64,000 nucleotides of DNA from an uncultured Verrucomicrobiales bacterium (GTDB lineage: Bacteria > Verrucomicrobiota > Verrucomicrobiia > Verrucomicrobiales > Akkermansiaceae). A program made the position numbers and the translations under genes. Within the stretch, counting starts at the first letter, position 1; every line of letters starts with the position of its first letter. Location: contig CAWVVN010000001.1 in assembly GCA_963933605.1 (NCBI GenBank), forward strand, positions 29,879-93,878, read 5' to 3'. The notes under the pieces are model-generated. The model was not told the origin of the DNA. It made no database searches and saw nothing but the letters and a program-made list of their open reading frames with translations. Below, one piece after another: positions 28,292 through 37,248 of this stretch.

Positions 28292-28513
28292 TTATGCGCC
28301 TTCCTCTTCAGTAGGTTTGACCCTTTGGAAACGCCAGCGAATGGCGTGGCGCTTGACAGCCGTGCGCTCTTTGCGCTTTTTGCGCTGGGTCACGGTCTCA
28401 AATGCACGACGACGGCGCATTTCTTCAAGAATACCTTCGGAGTCGAGCATGGACTTGAGACGCTTCAGGGCGCGATCAACGGGCTCACCTTTTTGGATTT
28501 CGATACCTCTCAT
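28292..28513 (-). CDS. rpsU: 30S ribosomal protein bS21
   Basis: GEPVDRALKRLK...GILEEMRRRRAFET...RKKRK. Confidence 0.92.
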   Translation of the reverse strand: MRGIEIQKGEPVDRALKRLKSMLDSEGILEEMRRRRAFETVTQRKKRKERTAVKRHAIRWRFQRVKPTEEEGA

Positions 28514-28620
28514 AAATTGGATTGGATAGTGTTATTAGCCGGTTTTAAACCGATGTTGGAGCTGTTATTCAGTGGTTCTTGCGCTTAACCGCAAGAGTTA
28601 CACCGGCTGCAGGGAGGCGG

Positions 28621-28649
28621 AAGCTAGGGGTCAGCAGGTCGGTGGTCAA
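28621..28649 (-). promoter_or_regulatory. Sigma70-type promoter of rpsU: TTGACC-N17-TAGCTT
   Basis: -35 at 28649-28644, exactly 17-nt spacer, -10 at 28626-28621. The same hexamers and spacing occur upstream of ileS. Confidence 0.7.
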
Positions 28650-28714
28650 GCTGAAAGAGGTGAAAAATCCCTTAAAATTCCTGAATATTGGGGTCATAGG
28701 CACAGTGGCCTTCT

Positions 28715-30073
28715 TTACTTGCCTCCTGGGACAAGTTTTTTAATGCTTTCGTAGATCGGGCGTCCCGTAATGCGACGGTTGAAGAGGTAGATGGCGACCA
28801 ACGCAAAAATAATATTAGTAGCCCAGGCGGCAAGGATGGGGGGCATATGGCCAGCCTCACCAAAGGTAAGGAAAAAACTCGATGAGAAAAGCATGCCGGC
28901 AGAGAGGAATAGGGCGATGGAGACCCCTCCACCGAGTCCACGTCTACTGAAGACAATACCGAGCGGTGCTGCTAGTAGGATGGTGATCAGGCAGATAATG
29001 GGCTGAGCAATGCGGTAATGCCACTGCGTGAGGTAGGGGAGGCGATTTGCCCATTGCACGCCTTCGTGGGCCTTAAGCCAGCTGTTGAGCTCGGGTATGC
29101 CAAGGTGGCTCTGGTCGAGCCCGGGCTTGACGATTTGCCATGGGGTCTCTTGCCAGTCTCGGGTAATGCTTTTTGGGGTGTCGATTTTGACGGGCACGGG
29201 TACCGCCTGTAGGTCGATGAGTTGAAGATTTGAGAAGGTCCAATGTTTATGTTCTCGTGACCATTCGGCTTTTTTCGCTTCGAGCTTGGTGGTGGGGTGG
29301 TTGCCTTCATTGAAGGAGTGAATGGTAACATTGCGCAGGACTCCCGTTTCTTCAAACTGGTAAGGAAATGATCCGACGAGCCAGACTCGCCTGGACTTGC
29401 TGTCTCGATAGAGCACAGAGCGGGCACGGTCGGCTTCACCATCTTTAGCAATATCAATGACAAGGTCCTTGTTACCCTCTGCCCATGGACCCCAGTGATA
29501 GTTGAAAACAAGACATATCGTAGAGCTGAAAATACCCGTAAGTAGCAGAGGCATAACAATTCTGAATACACCACGCCCTGTTTGGATCATCGCGACAATT
29601 TCCTGATGCCGTGACATTTTTCCCAGGCAGTAGAGCAGGGAGAGCAAGAGCACATAGGGGAGGATAAAAACGAACATGGCTGGAATGAAAATGCCATAAT
29701 AGCTGATAATCACATCGAGGGTGTTACGGGCTTCATTGAAGTCCGACATGTTACTTTGTAGATCGGTGAGGATCATGACCGCAAGCAAGGCTCCCATACA
29801 TAAGGCAAAGGAAGTAAGAAACTGCCTTGCCATGTAACGGTCTAAGCTTCCGGAGAAACGGTATATCCAGGCTGCGATGGCAGGGAGCAGGCAAAGTAGG
29901 CCAAGAAGGTAAGGGCGGGCTCGATGCCCAGCTATATCAGTATCGGGAAATCCTAGGATGTGCTCGTCGACGGTATGCATCTCCTTGGGGATGACATAGA
30001 TGCAAGCAATGATGCCTAACAATGAAATGGCAATGGGCCATAGATATTGCTTGAGTGTGGCGTTGCCTGACAT
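28715..30073 (-). CDS. LptF/LptG family LPS export permease
   Basis: LDRYMARQFL, LGKMSRHQEIVAMIQTG, ILLAAPLG, and GHMPPILAAWATNIIF. Confidence 0.88.
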   Translation of the reverse strand: MSGNATLKQYLWPIAISLLGIIACIYVIPKEMHTVDEHILGFPDTDIAGHRARPYLLGLLCLLPAIAAWIYRFSGSLDRYMARQFLTSFALCMGALLAVMILTDLQSNMSDFNEARNTLDVIISYYGIFIPAMFVFILPYVLLLSLLYCLGKMSRHQEIVAMIQTGRGVFRIVMPLLLTGIFSSTICLVFNYHWGPWAEGNKDLVIDIAKDGEADRARSVLYRDSKSRRVWLVGSFPYQFEETGVLRNVTIHSFNEGNHPTTKLEAKKAEWSREHKHWTFSNLQLIDLQAVPVPVKIDTPKSITRDWQETPWQIVKPGLDQSHLGIPELNSWLKAHEGVQWANRLPYLTQWHYRIAQPIICLITILLAAPLGIVFSRRGLGGGVSIALFLSAGMLFSSSFFLTFGEAGHMPPILAAWATNIIFALVAIYLFNRRITGRPIYESIKKLVPGGK

Positions 30074-30242
30074 GCAGGGATGATGCAGAAGCTCAAGCGA
30101 TCAGGCAAGAAGTAACCTTATGGGAAAAAGAATACCAAAGAAAGATATGGGAGCGCCTTGCGGGCTGGTCTGTGCCATGGTATCGATTAACAAGCTTGAG
30201 GTTTTTCGAGCTAGAGCGAACTAAGAGCGAACTATTTTTTTC

Positions 30243-31166
30243 ATGGGAATATCTGATCGAGCATACCAGCAATTACCTCCGCATCAAACCTTTGATGGGG
30301 GACCAAGGCGGTCATCACGGCTGGATGGTAGCCCGGTGGTAAAGTGGTTGCTAATCATCAATGTGGCGGTGTGGCTGCTCGACATGCTGACTAATTCAGC
30401 ACCTCAAATGCAGCGCTCTTTTTTATGGAGTTGGGGACACTTCAGCATAGGGCTCGCGGTGGAGCAATTTCAGTTATGGCGGTTTTTAAGTTTCCAGTTT
30501 CTGCATGCCAATGGCCATCATCTGTTGGTGAACATGCTTGGGCTCTTCTTTTTTGGTCACTTTGCGGAGCGCTGGTGGGGCAGTCGAAAGTTCCTTTTTT
30601 TCTATTTGGCGACGGGTGTGGCAGGTGCATTGTTTTATGTAGTGCTGTTTTACGCAGGGGTGTTCGGTTCTGCTCCGATACCGATTGGGGGAGGCCAAAC
30701 AGTACCTGCAACCTATATACCGATGGTGGGCGCTTCCGCCGGCATTTTTGGCATCTTGGCCTGCATTGCCGTGATTGCACCGAATTTGCGAGTGTTGTTG
30801 TTTTTTATCGTGCCGATGAGCATGCGTAATTTTGCTGTGTTAGCACTGGGCATCAGTGTAGTTGTCATTTTGTTTAATTTGAATAATGCGGGCGGTGAAG
30901 CGGGGCATCTGGGCGGGGCAATTCTAGGTTTCATCCTGATGAAAAACCCATGGTTGCTCTCTTTCATTTCCGATGAGGCAATGCTTTCAAGGCACCGCCC
31001 AGTGGTGGACGCAACCATCATTCGTGAGAAAAAGCTGCGACCACGGATTAACATTAATATGGACGATTCCGAGGTTGATCGCATTCTCGATAAGGTGAGT
31101 CGTGAGGGTTTACAAAGCCTCACTGAACAAGAACGTGATGTTCTTAAACGAGTGGCAGAGCAGTAA
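30243..31166 (+). CDS. Rhomboid family intramembrane serine protease with small C-terminal domain
   Basis: WRFLSFQFLHAN..HLLVNM, catalytic VGASAG and AGHLGGA; C-terminal EVDRILDKVSREGLQSLT. Confidence 0.92.
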   Translation: MGISDRAYQQLPPHQTFDGGPRRSSRLDGSPVVKWLLIINVAVWLLDMLTNSAPQMQRSFLWSWGHFSIGLAVEQFQLWRFLSFQFLHANGHHLLVNMLGLFFFGHFAERWWGSRKFLFFYLATGVAGALFYVVLFYAGVFGSAPIPIGGGQTVPATYIPMVGASAGIFGILACIAVIAPNLRVLLFFIVPMSMRNFAVLALGISVVVILFNLNNAGGEAGHLGGAILGFILMKNPWLLSFISDEAMLSRHRPVVDATIIREKKLRPRININMDDSEVDRILDKVSREGLQSLTEQERDVLKRVAEQ

Positions 31167-31203
31167 ATGAGAAGCCTCGTAATCCATACATAATATTGAA
31201 AAA

Positions 31204-32022
31204 ATGACTGATGCTGAAATGATTGAATGCTCAGAGCAAGGAAAGCAGATGGTGCGCCTGCGTGCCATCATGCACCGCTTACGTGCACCAGGTGGCTGCC
31301 CTTGGGATGCGGAACAGACCCATGAGAGTTTGTTGTCCAATCTTATTGAGGAAACCTATGAGACGGTGGACACCATTAAGCGTGGTGATTGGAATCACCT
31401 CAAAGAGGAATTAGGTGACTTGCTCTTACAGGTGGTGTTCCACAGTGAGCTTGCCGAGGAGGCTGGGCGTTATGATTTTGATGATGTTGCCAGGGGCGTC
31501 TCCGATAAGCTCGTTAGGAGACATCCGCACGTTTATGGGGAGAGCGATGTGCAGGATACGGACGGCGTGCTCAGTCAGTGGGATGCCATAAAGAGGCAGG
31601 AGAAGGGAGCTGAGCAAGAGCCTTACTTGCATGATATTGGCAAAGGTTTGCCTTCAATGTTACGTGCAGCAAAACTGCAGAAGAAGGCTTCCAAAGTTGG
31701 ATTCGACTGGCCAGATGATCAGGGGGTGATGGATAAGATTCAAGAGGAGTTCGGCGAAGTGGATGCCGAGTTAGAGGCATTAGCAGAAGACAAAAAATCC
31801 GGCAAAGACAAGCTGGGGGAGGAGATCGGTGACTTGCTATTCTCCGTGATCAATCTAGCACGCAGGCACGAATTGGATCCTGAGATATTGCTGGAGTCGA
31901 CCAATGTTAAGTTTGAAAATCGCTTTGCAGTAATGGACGAAGCGCTGCAGAAAAGCGGCAAAGATCTAACCAGTGCAAGTCTCTGCGACATGGAAGTCGA
32001 GTGGCAGGCTGCCAAAAAATAG
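31204..32022 (+). CDS. mazG: Nucleoside triphosphate pyrophosphohydrolase MazG
   Basis: LRAPGGCPWDAEQTHESL, EELGDLLLQVVFH, KLVRRHPHV and EEIGDLLFSVIN. Confidence 0.95.
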   Translation: MTDAEMIECSEQGKQMVRLRAIMHRLRAPGGCPWDAEQTHESLLSNLIEETYETVDTIKRGDWNHLKEELGDLLLQVVFHSELAEEAGRYDFDDVARGVSDKLVRRHPHVYGESDVQDTDGVLSQWDAIKRQEKGAEQEPYLHDIGKGLPSMLRAAKLQKKASKVGFDWPDDQGVMDKIQEEFGEVDAELEALAEDKKSGKDKLGEEIGDLLFSVINLARRHELDPEILLESTNVKFENRFAVMDEALQKSGKDLTSASLCDMEVEWQAAKK

Positions 32023-32085
32023 AGCGGGGTCTGCAGATAGCCCTACGCTGAGTGTTTCAGCTAGATTTGCTGGAGCCTATGAATA

Positions 32086-32451
32086 TTACTCAGGCCTGAG
32101 CTTTCTCTCCAGTTGCTTGGGAGAAATACCGAAGAACTTTTTAACGTCGGTGCAAAAATGGCTGTAATAGAGATAGCCAAGTTTTTCACTAATGTCATGA
32201 AGGTTAGTTCCTTCACTGATCATGCGTTTTGCAAGCAAGGCGCGGTGATTACAAAAAAGATCTTTGGGCTTCAGACCCACTGCAGACTCAACGTGACGTT
32301 GTAACTGAATCACTGTGAAGCCAAGTATCTCAGCTACCCTCTTGACGTTGAAGTTGTTTTGTTCTGCGAGCTGGAGAAGATTGACACCCGACTTGTCTAA
32401 AATTCTTGCACCTTGCCGGTGAAATGGTGTTGGTGTTGCTGGTCTGCTCAT
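32086..32451 (-). CDS. Stand-alone AraC-type helix-turn-helix protein (121 aa, no sensor domain)
   Basis: Two HTH units; C-terminal LHDISEKLGYLYYSHFCTDVKKFFGISPKQ matches the AraC signature. Confidence 0.8.
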   Translation of the reverse strand: MSRPATPTPFHRQGARILDKSGVNLLQLAEQNNFNVKRVAEILGFTVIQLQRHVESAVGLKPKDLFCNHRALLAKRMISEGTNLHDISEKLGYLYYSHFCTDVKKFFGISPKQLERKLRPE

Positions 32452-32676
32452 GACTTATGTGAAGTTGTTACGGAAAAAGCGCTTAACTTACAAGAAATAT
32501 TAGCTGAAAAATGTAACATCTGCACTGTTTTTTTGTGATTATCTCAAATTTTCTTTAAAAACAAGAGCGCTGCCCCTATAAAAAAGAACTTAAGTGCTCA
32601 CGTTACCACCCAATGAGGGGGGGCTTTTGTGATTAAAGGGGGCCATACTACCATTTGATTTTTATTTGTAATATAC

Positions 32677-34116
32677 ATGTCAGAGACCAGTTCAATCCCC
32701 AGTGCGAATAGCATCAAGTGCGAGAACAGCCAAGGGCATGCTCTGAGAGCGAACATACTTAGTATGCGTCGCTACACGATTTCATTTGAGATCTACAATC
32801 CGTTTTGTAGTTTGCAGCTCTCTGAAGTTCTCAGGAATTTCTGCATTAAAATGAATGGGCAGCTCGTCTATATGGGGGAGGCTGTTGTATCCAGTATCGT
32901 CAATACTGGTGCAGTCTTGGTATGCGAGGCGACATTGGGAAATGGTTGGAGAGAAGTTGATTTCCTGGCCAGTGCTCAGCACGGAGGACTTGTCTCCCAG
33001 TTTGATGAATTCGTCGATGATTGGAAAAGAGCGCACCACGTCTCTGCTGATTTTAAACTGAATGTCGCTGACATGCAGAATATGATGATTGGACTAAAGC
33101 GGTGGCTTGAGAAGATTGATTTGGGTATTCAAGCGATGGATACCACCGATAAAAATGCGGTCGAACGTCGGGTTATTCATGAGATTGAAGGGCGGATGAT
33201 GGAGGAGCTTAATCCTCAAATGGCAAACTTCGAGGCATCAACTCGCAATGTTCATTTGATAGATCAGCCCGCCCACAAGCTTTATGTGAGACGTCAAATG
33301 CACCCGCTGATGCTTTGTTCGCCCTTTGCTTACCGGGCCTATACAAAGCCGCTCGGATATGCTGGTGACTATGAGGTCGTCAACATGATGATGCGCGATC
33401 CCTATGAAGGGGACTCATTGTTTGCCAAGGTGATCAATAGAGTGTTTTTGAGTTTCGAACCCGTGCTAGCACATAGGAATCGTATCGACTATCTCTACGA
33501 TACCATTAAATCGGAGGCAACAAGAGTTGTCGGTGAGGGCCGCAGGCTAAAAGTGCTCAACCTTGGCTGTGGATCTGCGCATGAGGTGCAGCGTTTTTTT
33601 CAAAATGAGGAGATTAGTGACCATTGTGATTTCACCTTATTGGATTTCAACAAAGAAACGACAGACTACGCAGATAATATCCTTTCTGATATCAAAAATA
33701 AAAATGGCAGAAGTGGTCAGATTAAAGTAATGCAACGCTCGGTGCATCAACTCCTTAAGCAGGCAAACCGTGGTGATGTTGACATGGAATGGGAATCATA
33801 TGATTTGGTGTATTGTGCCGGCCTGTTTGATTATCTCTCCCAAAAAGTATGTCAAAAACTAGTAGAGCTTTTCGCCAAGTTGTTGCGCCCGCAGGGGCTC
33901 GTTATCGTTACCAATGTGGCATCCACCAATCCGTGCATAGGCTGGATGGAGTATGTCGTGGAGTGGAATCTGGTTTACCGCAGCGACTGGGAAATGCTCG
34001 ACTTGATTCCTTTGGATGGCACTGTTATGAAAACAGACCTCAAGAGGGACGCTACCGGCGTGAATTTATTTCTAGAGATTCGCAAAGTGTCCATGAATCC
34101 ATTTATCAGCCCCTGA
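32677..34116 (+). CDS. Class I SAM-dependent methyltransferase, PhcB-like (3-hydroxy fatty acid methyl ester signal synthase-like)
   Basis: SAM motif VLNLGCGSAHE and YDLVYCAGLFDYL. RAYTKPLGYAGDYEVVNMM...AHRNRIDYL resembles the PhcB-like family as I recall it. Confidence 0.7.
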   Translation: MSETSSIPSANSIKCENSQGHALRANILSMRRYTISFEIYNPFCSLQLSEVLRNFCIKMNGQLVYMGEAVVSSIVNTGAVLVCEATLGNGWREVDFLASAQHGGLVSQFDEFVDDWKRAHHVSADFKLNVADMQNMMIGLKRWLEKIDLGIQAMDTTDKNAVERRVIHEIEGRMMEELNPQMANFEASTRNVHLIDQPAHKLYVRRQMHPLMLCSPFAYRAYTKPLGYAGDYEVVNMMMRDPYEGDSLFAKVINRVFLSFEPVLAHRNRIDYLYDTIKSEATRVVGEGRRLKVLNLGCGSAHEVQRFFQNEEISDHCDFTLLDFNKETTDYADNILSDIKNKNGRSGQIKVMQRSVHQLLKQANRGDVDMEWESYDLVYCAGLFDYLSQKVCQKLVELFAKLLRPQGLVIVTNVASTNPCIGWMEYVVEWNLVYRSDWEMLDLIPLDGTVMKTDLKRDATGVNLFLEIRKVSMNPFISP

Positions 34117-34138
34117 GCTTCATCAAACCAACATCATA

Positions 34139-35521
34139 ATGAATGAATCTGATCATACAATAAGGGAGCTTTTTAAGATTTCAGAGGAGCGCGAAAGAAA
34201 AGTCAACTGCCAGCAGGCGGCTATTTTTGGCGCCATATTCATGATGGTTGGAGTGTGCTTGGACATGGTGGTCTATCCAGAGCTGCTGCAACAACTGCTT
34301 GTTAACCGTGTGGTCACGACTGCTCTATTGCTGACTTTTGCTGTTTTGTGTGGGTTCATTAAAAATAACGCACTCATGAGGTTGGTAGCTCATATGATTG
34401 CGATGATACCCATTGTGTCTATCGCCCTCATGATCTTTCAAACCGATGGAGTAGAGTCCCACTATTATGGAGGTTTAAATTTAGTGCTGGTGGGGGCGAC
34501 GTTGCTGCTGCGCTGGAACACTTTTGATAGTGCCGTCAATGTCTTGTTATGCCTCTTAATGTATACAGTGGCGGTTTATAGGCACTCAATCACTATAGAA
34601 TGGGAGGAGCCATTTATTCGCACTTATTTTATTTTTGTCACGGGAGCTATCGCAACGACGGCAACCTACTTTTACAATATTAGTAGATTTCGCGAGTTTT
34701 GTCTTTCCAAGGAAGTGGCAGCTTCAAACAAAAAGCTAAGGCACATCAACCGGCAACTGGCTGAGAACAATACAGAGTTAGAGAGCGCCAACAATAAACT
34801 CAAAGAGCAAGGCAGCTTGCTTGTTCAGAGCGAAAAGCTCTCATCGCTTGGCCGTATGAGCGCAGGCATTGTGCATGAAGTTAACAACCCGCTTAATTAC
34901 AGTAAGATAGCGATCCATACTTTAAAATCATTCAAGTCGTCGATCAGTGAGGAAGAGAGGGATGATTACCTGGAGGTAATTTCTGATGCCGAAGAGGGGC
35001 TTGTCCGTGTGATTGGCATCATCACCGACTTGCGCTCATTCACTCGGGGAGATACAGCAGCCATGGATTATATCAATGTGGCAGCCTTTGTAGAAAGTGC
35101 TCGTAAACTGTCGAGCTCGACGCTCGTTGATATTGAAGTAGATATCGATATTGACCCTGCGCTCGAAATTGAGGGCAACGAGCGGCAACTATGCCAACTC
35201 TTGATCAATTTCTTCCAGAATGCGGTAAGGGCCATTGAGGTCAAGGAGGCTAAATTGGGACCGTTCCAAGGCAAGCTCAGCTTGAATGCGGAATCTAGCG
35301 TGGGTGGAGTTAGCCTCATCATGCGAGATAATGGCTGCGGCATCTCAGCGGAAGATATCGATCGAATATTCGAGCCGTTTTTCACTAAAAATGATGTCGG
35401 CGAAGGAATGGGGCTGGGCCTGAGTATTTGCCACCGTATTCTTGATCAGCACAGGGCTAAAATCGATGTTGAATCTGTGGTAAATGAATTCACCGAATTT
35501 AAGATACGTTTTAGGAGCTGA
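34139..35521 (+). CDS. Multi-TM sensor histidine kinase (PhcS-like position and architecture)
   Basis: About 6 N-terminal TMs; H-box GIVHEVNNPL, N-box INFFQNA, DNGCGI, FEPFFTK and GMGLGLSI. Confidence 0.9.
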   Translation: MNESDHTIRELFKISEERERKVNCQQAAIFGAIFMMVGVCLDMVVYPELLQQLLVNRVVTTALLLTFAVLCGFIKNNALMRLVAHMIAMIPIVSIALMIFQTDGVESHYYGGLNLVLVGATLLLRWNTFDSAVNVLLCLLMYTVAVYRHSITIEWEEPFIRTYFIFVTGAIATTATYFYNISRFREFCLSKEVAASNKKLRHINRQLAENNTELESANNKLKEQGSLLVQSEKLSSLGRMSAGIVHEVNNPLNYSKIAIHTLKSFKSSISEEERDDYLEVISDAEEGLVRVIGIITDLRSFTRGDTAAMDYINVAAFVESARKLSSSTLVDIEVDIDIDPALEIEGNERQLCQLLINFFQNAVRAIEVKEAKLGPFQGKLSLNAESSVGGVSLIMRDNGCGISAEDIDRIFEPFFTKNDVGEGMGLGLSICHRILDQHRAKIDVESVVNEFTEFKIRFRS

Positions 35522-35619
35522 GACTGGAGCCGCCGCTATTCTGATTAAATGCAAATCGATTGCTAAAAGGCTTGGTTTTCAAGATAATATGTAATACAAA
35601 AAGCGCGCTCAAGCAGTTT

Positions 35620-36804
35620 ATGGATAATTCAAATCAAGAAAAAATTGTTCTCTTTGTTGATGACGAGGAGAAAACTCGCAAGTATTTCTGCCGTTTATTT
35701 GGCGATAAGTTTAATATACTAGTAGCCAACGATGGCATGCAAGGCTTGGAGGTATTTAACGAAAATATCGACAACATTGCAGTGGTGGTTACCGACCAAC
35801 GCATGCCCAACATGACAGGTTCTCAGTTGCTTGAAAAAGTAAGTGATCTCAAGCCATCATGCATTCGTATACTATCAACAGCATACGCAGATATTGATAC
35901 TGCTATCGAGGCCGTCAACAAAGGAGGCCTGTATCAGTACATTACCAAACCTTGGGAAATCAATGATCTAGAGGCGGCAATTGTCCGCGCTATCGATCTC
36001 TATGGCATTCAGCAGGAGCGTGATGCGTTATTGCGTCAAAAATTATCCAGCGTTGAAATGTTGGCTTCCTCTGACCGTGTTTTGTCAATTGCCACGATGG
36101 CAGTCTTTCGTCATGAAGAGTTGAGTCACGTAGGAGAAGCTCTCAGGGCTCTTGTCGAACTTGCCGAAATTGGAGCAAAGGATGACGTCAAGGAAGTTGG
36201 GATTGACCCAAGCATTAACTGGAGGGAACTCTATCGTAGGCACCTACTATTCTTACGTACTGTACGTGAAGGGCTCACCGACGACAGGTTATGCGGACAA
36301 TCACTTGATTACGGCCAGAGTGTGCCTGTAGCGGACGTGGTTGCTCCCATTACTGAAGAATTAGGTTGTTTCCAGTGGATCGGCGAAGAGAAATCTGATG
36401 TAGGCTGGCCTGGATCTACGGAGTCAATGCAAGCAGAGGTGAGGCCTTTCCTTAAGGCAATTACTAGTGTTATGCGTGATGCAGGTGTGATCCTCATTTC
36501 TCAGACCCAGGGCGGGGTTGAATTCAGTCTTTCATCACGCCTGTTGGCTAAAAATCTCGAGCCTTTACGCACGGCTACAAAAGAGGCTCCTTCTGATGCT
36601 AGTATCGCGCTTTGTGCTGCCTTTTTCCGCATGGCTCATGCAGGTGCCATGTTTGAGGTAGTGCCCGAAGCTAATCGTGAAATGATACGTTTGAGGGTCT
36701 TGTTTGATCTCACCAAGCGCGTTGAAGCTACCGAGAGCGGCTGGGACTCATTAGTTGTGGCACTGACAGGCAATGATATTTTCTGGTCGCGCTACGGGGC
36801 TTGA
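35620..36804 (+). CDS. Response regulator with atypical (degenerate kinase-like) C-terminal output domain, PhcR-like
   Basis: Receiver motifs LFVDDEE, VVTDQRMPNMTG, LSTAYAD and ITKPW. The C-terminal half has no HTH and no intact HATPase G-boxes. Start moved to ATG 35620. Confidence 0.82.
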   Translation: MDNSNQEKIVLFVDDEEKTRKYFCRLFGDKFNILVANDGMQGLEVFNENIDNIAVVVTDQRMPNMTGSQLLEKVSDLKPSCIRILSTAYADIDTAIEAVNKGGLYQYITKPWEINDLEAAIVRAIDLYGIQQERDALLRQKLSSVEMLASSDRVLSIATMAVFRHEELSHVGEALRALVELAEIGAKDDVKEVGIDPSINWRELYRRHLLFLRTVREGLTDDRLCGQSLDYGQSVPVADVVAPITEELGCFQWIGEEKSDVGWPGSTESMQAEVRPFLKAITSVMRDAGVILISQTQGGVEFSLSSRLLAKNLEPLRTATKEAPSDASIALCAAFFRMAHAGAMFEVVPEANREMIRLRVLFDLTKRVEATESGWDSLVVALTGNDIFWSRYGA

Positions 36805-36838
36805 GCCTAGCCGACGTTGTTAGCATTAAATGCTGGGT

Positions 36839-36888
36839 ATTCCGGGGCATTCCTAGCTATTCCTAGGTATTCCTAGGTATTGCCAGCT
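36839..36888. repeat. Five imperfect 10-bp tandem repeats (ATTCCGGGGC ATTCCTAGCT ATTCCTAGGT ATTCCTAGGT ATTGCCAGCT)
   Basis: Read directly from intergenic sequence after the response regulator. Confidence 0.75.
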
Positions 36889-37026
36889 GTCATATTATCG
36901 CTTATTCGCGATTTTGGGTGCCTAGAAAGGCCACTCGCTCGGTCGCATAGCTTGTCCTTTGTGTGTGCTCCTTGGGGGCCACTAGCGCTTAAACTAGTGC
37001 TTATGTGCGCTCTATGATCGGTGATC

Positions 37027-37248
37027 TTAGAAGCCTCCGTGGCCATATGCCTGACTACCTCTGCCTTGCTGAGGGCCAACACTGTCACCTGCTTTTCTCA
37101 ATTCTGATGCTGAGAGAATATCCTGATCCATTTGTCGCTGGAGCTCAGGGTCTGGTGCGCAAGAGCATAACGATAATATAGTGGCTGAGAGGGCTGTAAA
37201 AAAGAGGGTCTTGATTAAGGATTCATTTGAGCGGGTAGTGATTTTCAT
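37027..37248 (-). CDS. Small putative lipoprotein (73 aa)
   Basis: MKITTR...LFFTALSATILSLCSC lipobox, then a short polar domain. The longer ORF call overlaps malQ, so the start is moved to ATG 37248. Confidence 0.55.
   Translation of the reverse strand: MKITTRSNESLIKTLFFTALSATILSLCSCAPDPELQRQMDQDILSASELRKAGDSVGPQQGRGSQAYGHGGF

Noticed and set aside
36839-36888. Possible CRISPR array
   Set aside because: Units are 10 bp, directly adjacent with no spacers, and no cas genes are present.
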